Source: Candidatus Heimdallarchaeota archaeon
GTDB lineage: Archaea > Asgardarchaeota > Heimdallarchaeia > Heimdallarchaeales > Heimdallarchaeaceae
Assembly: GCA_016839945.1 (NCBI GenBank)
Contig: JAEOTE010000155.1
Span: 1-21,014 of the forward strand
DNA length: 21,014 nucleotides
Direction of reading: 5' to 3'
How positions within the stretch are numbered: position 1 is the first letter of the stretch; each line of letters opens with the position of its first letter. The translations under genes were made by a program, and so were the position numbers. Under the pieces are notes generated by a model. That model made no database searches. It saw only the letters and a list, made by a program, of their open reading frames with translations, and was not told where the DNA came from. Below, piece after piece: positions 9,346 through 17,380 of the stretch.

Positions 9346-9684
9346 TTGAAAGGAAAAAACGTAATTATAGGATTTAGTTTGATAATTCTAATATTTGTTA
9401 CAATACAGTTCTCTATAGCAGAACAAGAAGAAATGATGAATCAAGTAGTAAATCAGAGCATTGGATTCAGTGATGAATGTTGTGATCCAGATTGTGACCC
9501 AATCCGTGATCGTGATAGAGATCGATACCGTGATCGAGATGGATGTCTAGATTGCGGTTTTGATTGCGATTGTGATTGTAATCCAGATTGTGACCCAAAT
9601 TGTGACCCAATCCGTTATCGTATTAGAGATCATAACCGTACTCGAGAAGGCTTAAGAAATTGCACACGATCTAATCTTGGATGA
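9346..9684 (+). CDS. Small secreted or membrane-anchored Cys/Asp/Arg-rich repeat protein
   Basis: TTG 9346 preceded by GGAG. N-terminus MKGKNVIIGFSLIILIFVTIQFSIA resembles a signal peptide. C-terminal region has 11 Cys in CDPDC/DCDCDC motifs and DRDRDR runs. Confidence 0.65.
   Translation: MKGKNVIIGFSLIILIFVTIQFSIAEQEEMMNQVVNQSIGFSDECCDPDCDPIRDRDRDRYRDRDGCLDCGFDCDCDCNPDCDPNCDPIRYRIRDHNRTREGLRNCTRSNLG
9491..9647 (+). repeat. Intragenic direct repeat (49 bp x2, period 108 bp) plus short GAT-TGY/GAT-CGT codon repeats
   Basis: 9491-9539 versus 9599-9647 match at 41/49 positions by manual alignment and encode CDPIRxRxRDxxRxR twice. Confidence 0.8.
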
Positions 9685-9710
9685 ATTTTACTAGTTAGAT
9701 TGATTTAAAA

Positions 9711-9725
9711 TTCTTCTTTTTTTTT
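9711..9725 (+). terminator. Putative oligo-T terminator
   Basis: TTCTTCTTTTTTTTT tract 26 nt after the stop at 9684. Confidence 0.45.
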
Positions 9726-9833
9726 CCTCTCTACTATATTAGTAGTAAATATAACTAAAAGATTCAATATTGAAATAATATAAATACTAGAAAAAGTAAT
9801 CGTTTAACTGATTTATAAGTTAGGAGAAATAAT

Positions 9834-10394
9834 ATGAAACCAGAAGAGGAGAATAGTTTTAGTTATGAATTCTCAAAAGCACATGTATTAGAGATAGTAG
9901 GAGATTGGTTTAAAGCTAAGAGAATAATGTATGCTGATGAAATGTTTGAGGATTACTACAAATTTGTTGAGGAACAGTGTTTTACTAATAATTTCATTGA
10001 AGAATTAATTAAAACACAAGTTAGGGAATCGATATACAAATGGTTAAGTGTTTTTCATGAAGGGAAGAAAGATACTTATGATCATATAGATAAGGAAGAG
10101 GGAGAAATAGTTCCAGAATGGTTTCTTAAAAACAGATACAAGGAACTAGAAGATATGTTTTCCTCAAAATACTTTAGCTATGATTTTAAAACAGTTGAAA
10201 CAGAATATGATAGTGCATTTAAAGCATTTGTAGTATCTGTTAGTACAGATAAAGAAATTGGTGAAATTACTATTCGGATTTTATCAGATGACATAGAAAC
10301 TTATTTAGAAAATAGATTAACTCTGTTAAGTTTTATAGAAAGTAAGATTGTTGATAAAAACACTGCTGAATTTATATTTAAAATGGATTGGTAG
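9834..10394 (+). CDS. Hypothetical protein (acidic, aromatic-rich, 186 aa)
   Basis: AGGAG RBS before the ATG; fills the gap with a codon style like its neighbours; no motif recognised. Confidence 0.7.
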   Translation: MKPEEENSFSYEFSKAHVLEIVGDWFKAKRIMYADEMFEDYYKFVEEQCFTNNFIEELIKTQVRESIYKWLSVFHEGKKDTYDHIDKEEGEIVPEWFLKNRYKELEDMFSSKYFSYDFKTVETEYDSAFKAFVVSVSTDKEIGEITIRILSDDIETYLENRLTLLSFIESKIVDKNTAEFIFKMDW

Positions 10395-10399
10395 TTTTT

Positions 10400-11746
10400 C
10401 TAGATATAATCAATTAAGTCTCTCATTTTTTGAAGAGTCTCAACACCTTTTCTAGTTAAGATGTAGTGTTTTCTTTTAGCTTTTTCTTCCTTAACTGAAA
10501 TAAGTCCTTTGCTCTCTAGTTCACTAAGATGCTGATAAATTGCTTGTATATTCATACTCTCTCTTCCAAGCGATTCCCAAATCGAATATCCATAATCTGC
10601 TTTCTCTTCAGCTATAAGATTAAGTATCTCGAATTTTGTTGTAGAACTTTCAGATAATCCCCAAACGATTTTTTTCTTTCCTCTCAACTGTGATGCAAAT
10701 ATGTTTAGAGCATTGAAGCCTGACCCAGTAAGAATTGCAACTGATTTAGAAGGCTCTAATTCTTTGTTCTTAATTAACTTCCTTGCAGCTGCTATAACTG
10801 AAGCTGATGCTGGTTCAATAAAAAGACCTTCATTTTTAGCAATTTCAAGAGCTTCTTCAATCATTACACTTGCTTTAATTTCTATTTCTTTTCCTTCTGT
10901 TTTCTCAAGAAGTTCTTCAACTTCTCTTAGAAGAAATGGTTGTTTACTTTCTAAAGATTCAGCTAGATATGCTGTCTTTGTTTTTTCTAAAGAAACAGTA
11001 TAAAGTCTTGGAATTTTTTTTATCCATCCTGATGCAAAAGCATCTTCCAATCCTCTATAGATAGAATAAACTAGCGATCCTGAACCTCTTGGAACAATAA
11101 TACTGTCTATGTTTTCTTTTTGAAGTAAGATTTCTAAGCTAATAGTTTTTTGCCCTTCTATTGTAAGAAGGTTTTTCTCAGGAGTAGCTGAATAAGCCTT
11201 CTCTTTTTCTGCTGTTTTTTCAGCTGCTGAAATAGCGTCATTTACGAATTCTCCTTTTTCAATAACTTTACTACCATATAGTTTCATTTGTTCTATTTTA
11301 GAGAGTTCTAAATTATGTGGAATGACATTGATTGATTCAATACCAGCTTTTGCAGCATATGCAGAGAGACTGATACTAAAAGAACCTGTGCTAGCTCCAA
11401 CTATTTTATCATACTTTCTTTGATATGCATCAGAAAGTATTAATGAACAAGCTCGATCTCTGAAAGTTCCTGTAGGATTTCGGAACTCAAGTTTTAAACC
11501 TAGGTTTTTCAGATCGGAATCTTTAGTTAAGTGTAGTAAAGGTGTATTGCCTTCAGCTAATGATATAGGATTTTTGAAGTTTGGTAGAAAACTCTGAAGA
11601 GACCACATAGATGCAAGATTAATCATGGATAAAGAGGGACCTTCAATAGGGGGAATAGTAACAAGACCCTCACAATTGGGACATCTTAGTAAAGGTTCTC
11701 CTATCTCTTTGTTACATTTAATACATTTAGGTTGATTAATCCACAT
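10400..11746 (-). CDS. Threonine-synthase-like (PLP fold type II) domain lacking the catalytic Lys, with N-terminal Zn ribbon and C-terminal PadR-like winged helix; probable transcription regulator
   Basis: CIKC...CPNC; SLAEGNTPL; NPTGTFRDR (canonical FKDR); ASTGS...SLSAYAA; EGQKT; VPRGSGS; EGLFIEPASA; ILTGSG. C-terminal TKFEILNLIAE...YGYSIWESL...QAIYQHLSELESKGLI...RKHYILTRKG. Confidence 0.85.
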   Translation of the reverse strand: MWINQPKCIKCNKEIGEPLLRCPNCEGLVTIPPIEGPSLSMINLASMWSLQSFLPNFKNPISLAEGNTPLLHLTKDSDLKNLGLKLEFRNPTGTFRDRACSLILSDAYQRKYDKIVGASTGSFSISLSAYAAKAGIESINVIPHNLELSKIEQMKLYGSKVIEKGEFVNDAISAAEKTAEKEKAYSATPEKNLLTIEGQKTISLEILLQKENIDSIIVPRGSGSLVYSIYRGLEDAFASGWIKKIPRLYTVSLEKTKTAYLAESLESKQPFLLREVEELLEKTEGKEIEIKASVMIEEALEIAKNEGLFIEPASASVIAAARKLIKNKELEPSKSVAILTGSGFNALNIFASQLRGKKKIVWGLSESSTTKFEILNLIAEEKADYGYSIWESLGRESMNIQAIYQHLSELESKGLISVKEEKAKRKHYILTRKGVETLQKMRDLIDYI

Positions 11747-11802
11747 CTAATGTTCTAATTAGCTAAATAAAATATAACTCTATTTGTCACCAACAGCATT
11801 TT

Positions 11803-12012
11803 TCAAAGAGTTTCTATACCTACAGGATCTTCATTTTTGTCAACTTCAATGTCGCAAGAGCATAATTCAGACATCATTTCTTCAAGCTGAAAGGATAAAG
11901 GTTCTTCAAACTCTAGAAAGAATTCAATCTCTTGTTTCATGAGATAATCAGTTAGATGTATCAAAAGCTGTTTTTCTTTTGCTGAGTGAACAACGATACG
12001 CATAATTCTCAT
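11803..12012 (-). CDS. Small acidic hypothetical protein (69 aa)
   Basis: ATG-initiated ORF filling the gap upstream of the ThrC-wHTH gene on the same strand; protein-like composition; no known motif. Confidence 0.5.
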   Translation of the reverse strand: MRIMRIVVHSAKEKQLLIHLTDYLMKQEIEFFLEFEEPLSFQLEEMMSELCSCDIEVDKNEDPVGIETL

Positions 12013-12143
12013 ATAAAATGTAAATTGAAAAACTTTACTAACACTTAAAAGAAGCGTAATTCTAAAAGATTGTAGTTAAATTTACGAGAAAATTATATAA
12101 ATAAGTTATATCTTTGCAATATAAATCGAAGTAGTGATTAATT

Positions 12144-13844
12144 ATGCCGGAAAAAGTATGGTCTTATTGTGATGGAATTCCAGCTGATATTGATGTCCCT
12201 GAAATAAGTATTATTGACTTATTTAGACAAAATGCTGACAAATTCCCAGATAGAAATATGATAGAATTCTTAGGAAGATTCAAACCATATCCTGAAGTTG
12301 AAGAAGAAATTAACAGATTTGCTAATTCATTACAGAAGCTAGGTGTTGAAAAAGGAGACAGAATAGCTTGTTTAATGCCTAATTGCCCACAATATGTAGT
12401 ATCATTTTTTGCAACTAATTCTTTAGGTGGTATTTTTACTGCTATAAGCTCTCTCTACACTTCTAAAGAAATAAGGTATCAATTGCAGGACAGCGAAGCT
12501 AAAGTTTTGGTTACTCTTGATATATTTCTTGATAGAGTAAGAGAAATTATAGATGAAACACCAGTGGAACATGTAATTGTCTCATCAATTGCAGATGAAC
12601 TTCCTGGAATTAAGAGCTTTCTCTATAGAAAAGTTATAGGAAGAAAAAATCCAAAAATACAAGATGAACTAGTTTACTCTGATTTATTAGAGAAGGGAGA
12701 AAATAAAAGGATAAAAACAAAGATTGATTCAAAAGAAGACATAGCAGTACTGCAATACACAGGCGGTACTACTGGAATCATGAAGGGTGCCATGTTGACA
12801 AATTACAACCTTATGGCTCAAGCTACAATTCTTCCTTACTGGGATATTTGGTTACCTGAAAGACCTGAAGGTCAATACAAAATCTCAGGTTGTTTACCTA
12901 TGTCTCATATATTTGGTTTCTCTACATCCTTCCTTTGGACTGTTGCTACAGGAGGTTTACTTTATCTAATTCCTGATCCTAGACAACTAAAAGATGTTAT
13001 GGAAAGTGTTTCAAAACATGGAATTCATTTTATGTTTGCTGTTCCTCTTCTTTTCCAAAAAATTGCAGAATCCCCAGATATCGATAAATTTGATTTATCG
13101 TCACTCTACCTATGTATATCTGGAGGAGAAGCTTTACCCATGACAACTGTGAAAAAATTTAAAGATGTTACAGGATGCACAGTAGTAGAAGGATATGGAC
13201 TAAGCGAAAATTCGCCTGTTTCACATGTAAATCCTGCTAATGATGAATTTAATAAAATTGGAACAATAGGAATACCTATTCCAAATACTTTGTCAATGGT
13301 TGTTGATCCAGAAACTCAAGAAGAAGTCAAAGAACAAGGAAAAGAAGGAGAGATATGGATACGAGGTCCATCTGTTATGAAAGGATATTGGAATAATAAA
13401 GAAGCTACTGATGAAACTTTAGTTAAGGGTTGGTTAAGAACTGGTGATGTTGCTACAATGGATGAAAAAGGATATTTCAAGATAGTTGATAGACTTAAGG
13501 ACATGATTATCGTTTCTGGATACAAAGTTTGGCCAAATGAAGTTGAAGATGTACTTTATGCTCATCCTGATATTAATATGGCTGGTGTTGTTCAGTTTAA
13601 AGAAGAAACTAGTGAAAAGGTTAAAGCGTTTTTAGTTGCTGAACCAGGAAGCAAACAATTATCTCTTGATGAAATCAGAAAATACTGTAAAGAAAAGATG
13701 GCTCCCTATAAGATTCCATCAATAATCGAATACAAAGATGAATTACCAAGAACAACAGTAGGTAAAGTATCTAGAAAAGAACTAAGAACTGAAATTCCAC
13801 AAACTCCTCCTCCTGAAGTAAAAAAGGAAGAGGTTAAATCTTAA
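12144..13844 (+). CDS. fadD: Long-chain-fatty-acid--CoA ligase (ANL superfamily, FadD-like)
   Basis: LQYTGGTTGIMKGAMLT P-loop, EGYGLSE, GWLRTGD, IVDRLKDMI..SG..V.P.EVE, LPRTTVGK. Confidence 0.92.
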   Translation: MPEKVWSYCDGIPADIDVPEISIIDLFRQNADKFPDRNMIEFLGRFKPYPEVEEEINRFANSLQKLGVEKGDRIACLMPNCPQYVVSFFATNSLGGIFTAISSLYTSKEIRYQLQDSEAKVLVTLDIFLDRVREIIDETPVEHVIVSSIADELPGIKSFLYRKVIGRKNPKIQDELVYSDLLEKGENKRIKTKIDSKEDIAVLQYTGGTTGIMKGAMLTNYNLMAQATILPYWDIWLPERPEGQYKISGCLPMSHIFGFSTSFLWTVATGGLLYLIPDPRQLKDVMESVSKHGIHFMFAVPLLFQKIAESPDIDKFDLSSLYLCISGGEALPMTTVKKFKDVTGCTVVEGYGLSENSPVSHVNPANDEFNKIGTIGIPIPNTLSMVVDPETQEEVKEQGKEGEIWIRGPSVMKGYWNNKEATDETLVKGWLRTGDVATMDEKGYFKIVDRLKDMIIVSGYKVWPNEVEDVLYAHPDINMAGVVQFKEETSEKVKAFLVAEPGSKQLSLDEIRKYCKEKMAPYKIPSIIEYKDELPRTTVGKVSRKELRTEIPQTPPPEVKKEEVKS

Positions 13845-13848
13845 AAAA

Positions 13849-14541
13849 TTATTTGAAAAGAGATAGTATTCTCTTTTTATCCTCTTTTTCTAATTCTTCT
13901 AATCCTTTAAGAGTATCTTTGTTCAAAGCTTTCCAGAATATACATTTCTCATGATGCCAACGATAGTTCAAGTGATCTTCATAATAGTATGGTTCCCCTG
14001 CTCTTACCGTATCCTTTTCAATTTTTAGGCCACAAGTTTTACAGGTTGATCTACTACTTTTGGCATATTCTACTTTCCAAGCATCTTCATGATCATAAGA
14101 TGTTAACCTATCAGTTTGATCTGTTTTTAGTTGATTAATTATCTCAATTGGATCTTGGTCATTAAGTAAGTTTTTAGAGATTTTCAAATAGAAAATATCA
14201 AACTTACTCATCTCAAAAGCAAGTTGAGCTGGTTTATCTTGTTTGAGTTCCTTATGTATTCGAACCTTTGGTGGAAATTGATTATTCCTAAGAATGTACT
14301 TTGCACAAGCTTCGGACATCAAGGAACTTAATCGTCGTTTATCATAAGTTGAAAATTTCTTCCCTTCAACTAAGCCATAAGATGAGTTGGTTACAGTTCT
14401 ATCTATATCTTCAATGTACTCTCTTTCTTTAATAATCACAAAAGATCTATCAGGGATTTCATCAACTATTTTGGAGATCTCGAATGTTTCAGGATCTACA
14501 TAAAAACCCCATTCATCATCTGATTCAAGTGTCATTTTCAT
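13849..14541 (-). CDS. Protein with C-terminal PARP-type zinc finger and an unrecognised N-terminal domain
   Basis: WKVEYAKSSRSTCKTC-x26-HEKC...LKGLEELEKEDKKRI matches the zf-PARP pattern (EYAKSxRxxCxxC...WxHxxC...GxxxL..xD...I) of PARP1 and ligase III. Confidence 0.85.
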   Translation of the reverse strand: MKMTLESDDEWGFYVDPETFEISKIVDEIPDRSFVIIKEREYIEDIDRTVTNSSYGLVEGKKFSTYDKRRLSSLMSEACAKYILRNNQFPPKVRIHKELKQDKPAQLAFEMSKFDIFYLKISKNLLNDQDPIEIINQLKTDQTDRLTSYDHEDAWKVEYAKSSRSTCKTCGLKIEKDTVRAGEPYYYEDHLNYRWHHEKCIFWKALNKDTLKGLEELEKEDKKRILSLFK

Positions 14542-14643
14542 CTAATATCACTCACTACTTATAAATATAAATCACAAATATTCTAGATAAAATAGTATAT
14601 AAATTTAACAGACAAGATTTAAAAAGAATAATTTTAGGAGTTT

Positions 14644-15120
14644 TTACCCACCAGGGGTTCCATGAGTAAAAGCATCATCCCACATCGCATCCCAGATATC
14701 TTCCTCAATTAGGGTTTCTTTTTCGACTATTGTTTTATGAATCCAACGCAGTAACTCGTGGTGCCTAATTTCATCGCTGTAAATTTCTTTAATTATAATT
14801 CTCTCTCTTTTATCTAATGGTTTTTCAAGAAGCTCTTTGTATTTCTTTATTGCTTCAGCTTCTAATTTAAGATGCTCTTGAAGATTTTCTGCTAACTCAT
14901 CTGTTATTTTTTCATCTATTCCAGGAGTAGGTTTCTCTAATCGAGCTACTAAAGCATTTAGCATATTTTCATGTTTTTCCGAGTCATTAATAACTGCCAA
15001 AAGCATCTCTCGCACAAGGATATTTTTTATTCCTTTTACTGCTTGGTATGCAGTTGAAACAATTCTTTTTTCTATCTCAATTTGTTCCTTAAAAAATTCT
15101 AATTTTTCTTCTTTGCTCAT
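14644..15120 (-). CDS. Ferritin-like (rubrerythrin-type four-helix bundle) protein
   Basis: Two internal repeats E...Y...D(S/E)xxH (EKRIVSTAY...DSEKH; EAEAIKKY...DEIRH); AAGGTG RBS. Confidence 0.78.
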   Translation of the reverse strand: MSKEEKLEFFKEQIEIEKRIVSTAYQAVKGIKNILVREMLLAVINDSEKHENMLNALVARLEKPTPGIDEKITDELAENLQEHLKLEAEAIKKYKELLEKPLDKRERIIIKEIYSDEIRHHELLRWIHKTIVEKETLIEEDIWDAMWDDAFTHGTPGG

Positions 15121-15273
15121 TAAATTACACCTTAAACGTCAAGAAGGTTATTTTTGAAGTAATTTCTTTGATACATATATAAAGATTTACAACTTGCTTT
15201 TCTTAAGTAATTAAAAAGAATGTAAAAGAAAAAGTTCTCTAATCAAAAACTCAAAAGGAAAGAAAGAAGAACC

Positions 15274-15591
15274 TTATGTTTCAACAGCTTTCCTTTCCAA
15301 TCTGAATTGTTGGAATTTGTTTATTGCAAATACTAGAACCAGTATGCCAATGATAGTAGCTAAAAGCACTCCTAGAAATGCTAGAACTCCAATAACAGCT
15401 CCCCCGAAAAGTCCATATTTTGCACCAAATTGGATGATCCATTGGTAAAGTGTTGAAATGAGAAACATAATATAACCTAAAAATATAGATGATCCAATAA
15501 CATATGTTAGTAAAACAAGGATACTAGCTCCTGCAGCTAAAGGAAATTGCCATCCAGTAAAAGAAACATCTTTTTCCATTTCATTTTCCAT
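15274..15591 (-). CDS. Small membrane protein (2-3 TM), unknown function
   Basis: Long hydrophobic stretches and a basic C-terminal tail. Confidence 0.7.
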   Translation of the reverse strand: MENEMEKDVSFTGWQFPLAAGASILVLLTYVIGSSIFLGYIMFLISTLYQWIIQFGAKYGLFGGAVIGVLAFLGVLLATIIGILVLVFAINKFQQFRLERKAVET

Positions 15592-15705
15592 ACATGCAGT
15601 TCAATTTTCTTAAATTTAAAAGTTTCTCCCAAAAGTTAATTATTAAAAAACATATTCTAGAATACAAAAACCAAAGAAAATAAATGAAACATAAGAGATG
15701 TTGCT

Positions 15706-16443
15706 ATGTTAAAAGATGAAGAAGATGCCTTTGGACATGAAATGTATGACTTCTATCAAGGTAAAGAAGTATGGGAAATTATAGAAAGAGATGATGGATA
15801 TATTGATGTAAGTCTAGGAGCTAAAAGATACTTCTCGGAATTTGAAGAATGGTACGACATTGAAAAAGAAGCTATGTATTATGTTGAAGGAAAAGTTCTG
15901 GATATAGGTTGTGGTGCAGGAAGACATAGTCTTTATCTTCAGAAAAACAATTTCGATGTGCTAGGAATAGATAATTCACCTTTAGCTATAAAAGTTTGCA
16001 AATTAAGAGGATTAAAAAAAGCAGAGATATTATCACTTCACGAAATTGAAACAGATTTGGGAAAATTTGATACAATTTTAATGTTAGGTAATAATTTTGC
16101 ATTGACAGGTAATCCTCAAAATGCTCAGAAAATACTAAAAACATTTCTTGAAATCACTTCAGACAAAGGTAGAATTATTGCAGAATTTCTCGATCCTTAT
16201 GGTACTGACAACAAAGATCATTTAGAGTATCACAAACTCAATAAGAAGAGAGGTAGAATGGGAGGACAAGCTATTATAAGAGTAAGGTACAGGAAATATA
16301 TCTCTCCTTGGTTTGACTTTCTTTTATTATCAAGAGATGAATTGAGAGAGTTATTGAAAAATACAAGATGGAAAATAGAAAAATTAATAGAAAAGAATAA
16401 ACAAGATCCTAGTTATATTGCTATTATTAAAAAGATAAAATAG
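15706..16443 (+). CDS. Class I SAM-dependent methyltransferase
   Basis: [11 protein letters not shown] motif I, GIDNS motif [12 protein letters not shown]. Confidence 0.9.
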   Translation: MLKDEEDAFGHEMYDFYQGKEVWEIIERDDGYIDVSLGAKRYFSEFEEWYDIEKEAMYYVEGKVLDIGCGAGRHSLYLQKNNFDVLGIDNSPLAIKVCKLRGLKKAEILSLHEIETDLGKFDTILMLGNNFALTGNPQNAQKILKTFLEITSDKGRIIAEFLDPYGTDNKDHLEYHKLNKKRGRMGGQAIIRVRYRKYISPWFDFLLLSRDELRELLKNTRWKIEKLIEKNKQDPSYIAIIKKIK

Positions 16444-16457
16444 AAAGAAAAAGGATT

Positions 16458-17294
16458 TTAGCTAGGTTGTAAAACGCCAGCAAAAACTAACCAAGCTAGA
16501 AGTGTTTTTGCAACCAAGCTAAGTATTTGATACATTCTTTCTCCATAAAGGTAATCTTTCCAAGGTCCTACTTTTTTATATTGAAGTAACATATTGAATG
16601 CAAAGGACATAAACAATAGAAATTCAACTACATAAATTACAGGAACGAACCAAGGGAGATTTTCTGCATCAGACGCTGCAACACCAAAAATATATGATAA
16701 TACTATCCATGGCATAATGCCTGCAACCCATCCATATATGTAAGAAAGCCAATTAGTTTTTTCTGTTGTTTGATTATGTACTTCCATTACATGACCAAAT
16801 AAATTCATTAAGGCGTTCACACCGAATATTAATGCTAAAACCCAGAAATCTCTAACACCAAAGAATAAGGCTATAAAAGCAACCATCAATGAACTTGAAA
16901 AAGCATATTCAAACCATCTAATTGGATTCATCTTCTTCTTTAGATTCTTTACATAGAAATTGTAAAGAGGTCCAGCAATTAATAAATGTGCTACTGCTGA
17001 AAAAAGCAAAAATGCTGCAACAGTAGGTCCTACTGCACTAAATTCAAAGAGAGTATCTGTTTTAATTACAGATGTAGGAATTCCTCCAATTAACTCAATA
17101 TCATTATAAGTTGATAATACAGGAATTGGAGCAAAATTCTTCAATGCATCTACAGATACACCCAAAACTATCATAGCAATGCCTTGAACAAGATGAAGAA
17201 TACCCATTGCTAGATTAAATTTTCTTAAGTAAGTAAATCTGATTGGAGATTGAAAACCATTATCCAATACAGACATTTCTTTTTCAATTGACAT
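16458..17294 (-). CDS. heR: Heliorhodopsin
   Basis: LRKFNLAMGILHLVQG (TM1 His), AVAHL (TM2 His), NPIRWFEYAFSSSLM (counterion Glu), MNLFGHVME, ERMYQILSLVAKTLLAW (retinal-binding Lys in SxxxK), long TM1-TM2 beta loop. Confidence 0.95.
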   Translation of the reverse strand: MSIEKEMSVLDNGFQSPIRFTYLRKFNLAMGILHLVQGIAMIVLGVSVDALKNFAPIPVLSTYNDIELIGGIPTSVIKTDTLFEFSAVGPTVAAFLLFSAVAHLLIAGPLYNFYVKNLKKKMNPIRWFEYAFSSSLMVAFIALFFGVRDFWVLALIFGVNALMNLFGHVMEVHNQTTEKTNWLSYIYGWVAGIMPWIVLSYIFGVAASDAENLPWFVPVIYVVEFLLFMSFAFNMLLQYKKVGPWKDYLYGERMYQILSLVAKTLLAWLVFAGVLQPS

Positions 17295-17315
17295 GAAACA
17301 TTTTTAATTAAACAA

Positions 17316-17323
17316 ATATATAA
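17316..17323 (-). promoter_or_regulatory. Putative TATA box for a leaderless heliorhodopsin transcript
   Basis: Minus-strand TTATATAT ends about 21 nt before ATG 17294; no RBS visible. Confidence 0.45.
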
Positions 17324-17380
17324 GTGGTTAGGTTAAGCAAAAAATTGGGTGTGTGTAATATATATGAACATATTTGATTC

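Noticed and set aside
9140-9349. 69-aa plus-strand ORF
   Set aside because: It spans the divergent promoter region and poly-A/T tracts and overlaps the pdxS start.
9478-9650. Repeats as a possible CRISPR array
   Set aside because: The units are degenerate, in frame and irregularly spaced, with no unique spacers and no cas genes.
10543-10550. CTTGTATA half-site inside the regulator gene
   Set aside because: It is a single AT-rich half-site within coding sequence (N-I-Q) with no partner arm. No full palindrome was found upstream of the regulator either, so there is no evidence of autoregulation.
10400-11746. Calling this gene thrC or cysteate synthase
   Set aside because: The catalytic Lys is replaced by Arg and a wHTH domain is fused.
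12095-12111. ATATAA-ataag-TTATAT inverted repeat upstream of fadD
   Set aside because: Six-bp A/T-only arms are expected by chance in this AT-rich intergenic DNA and overlap a probable TATA box.
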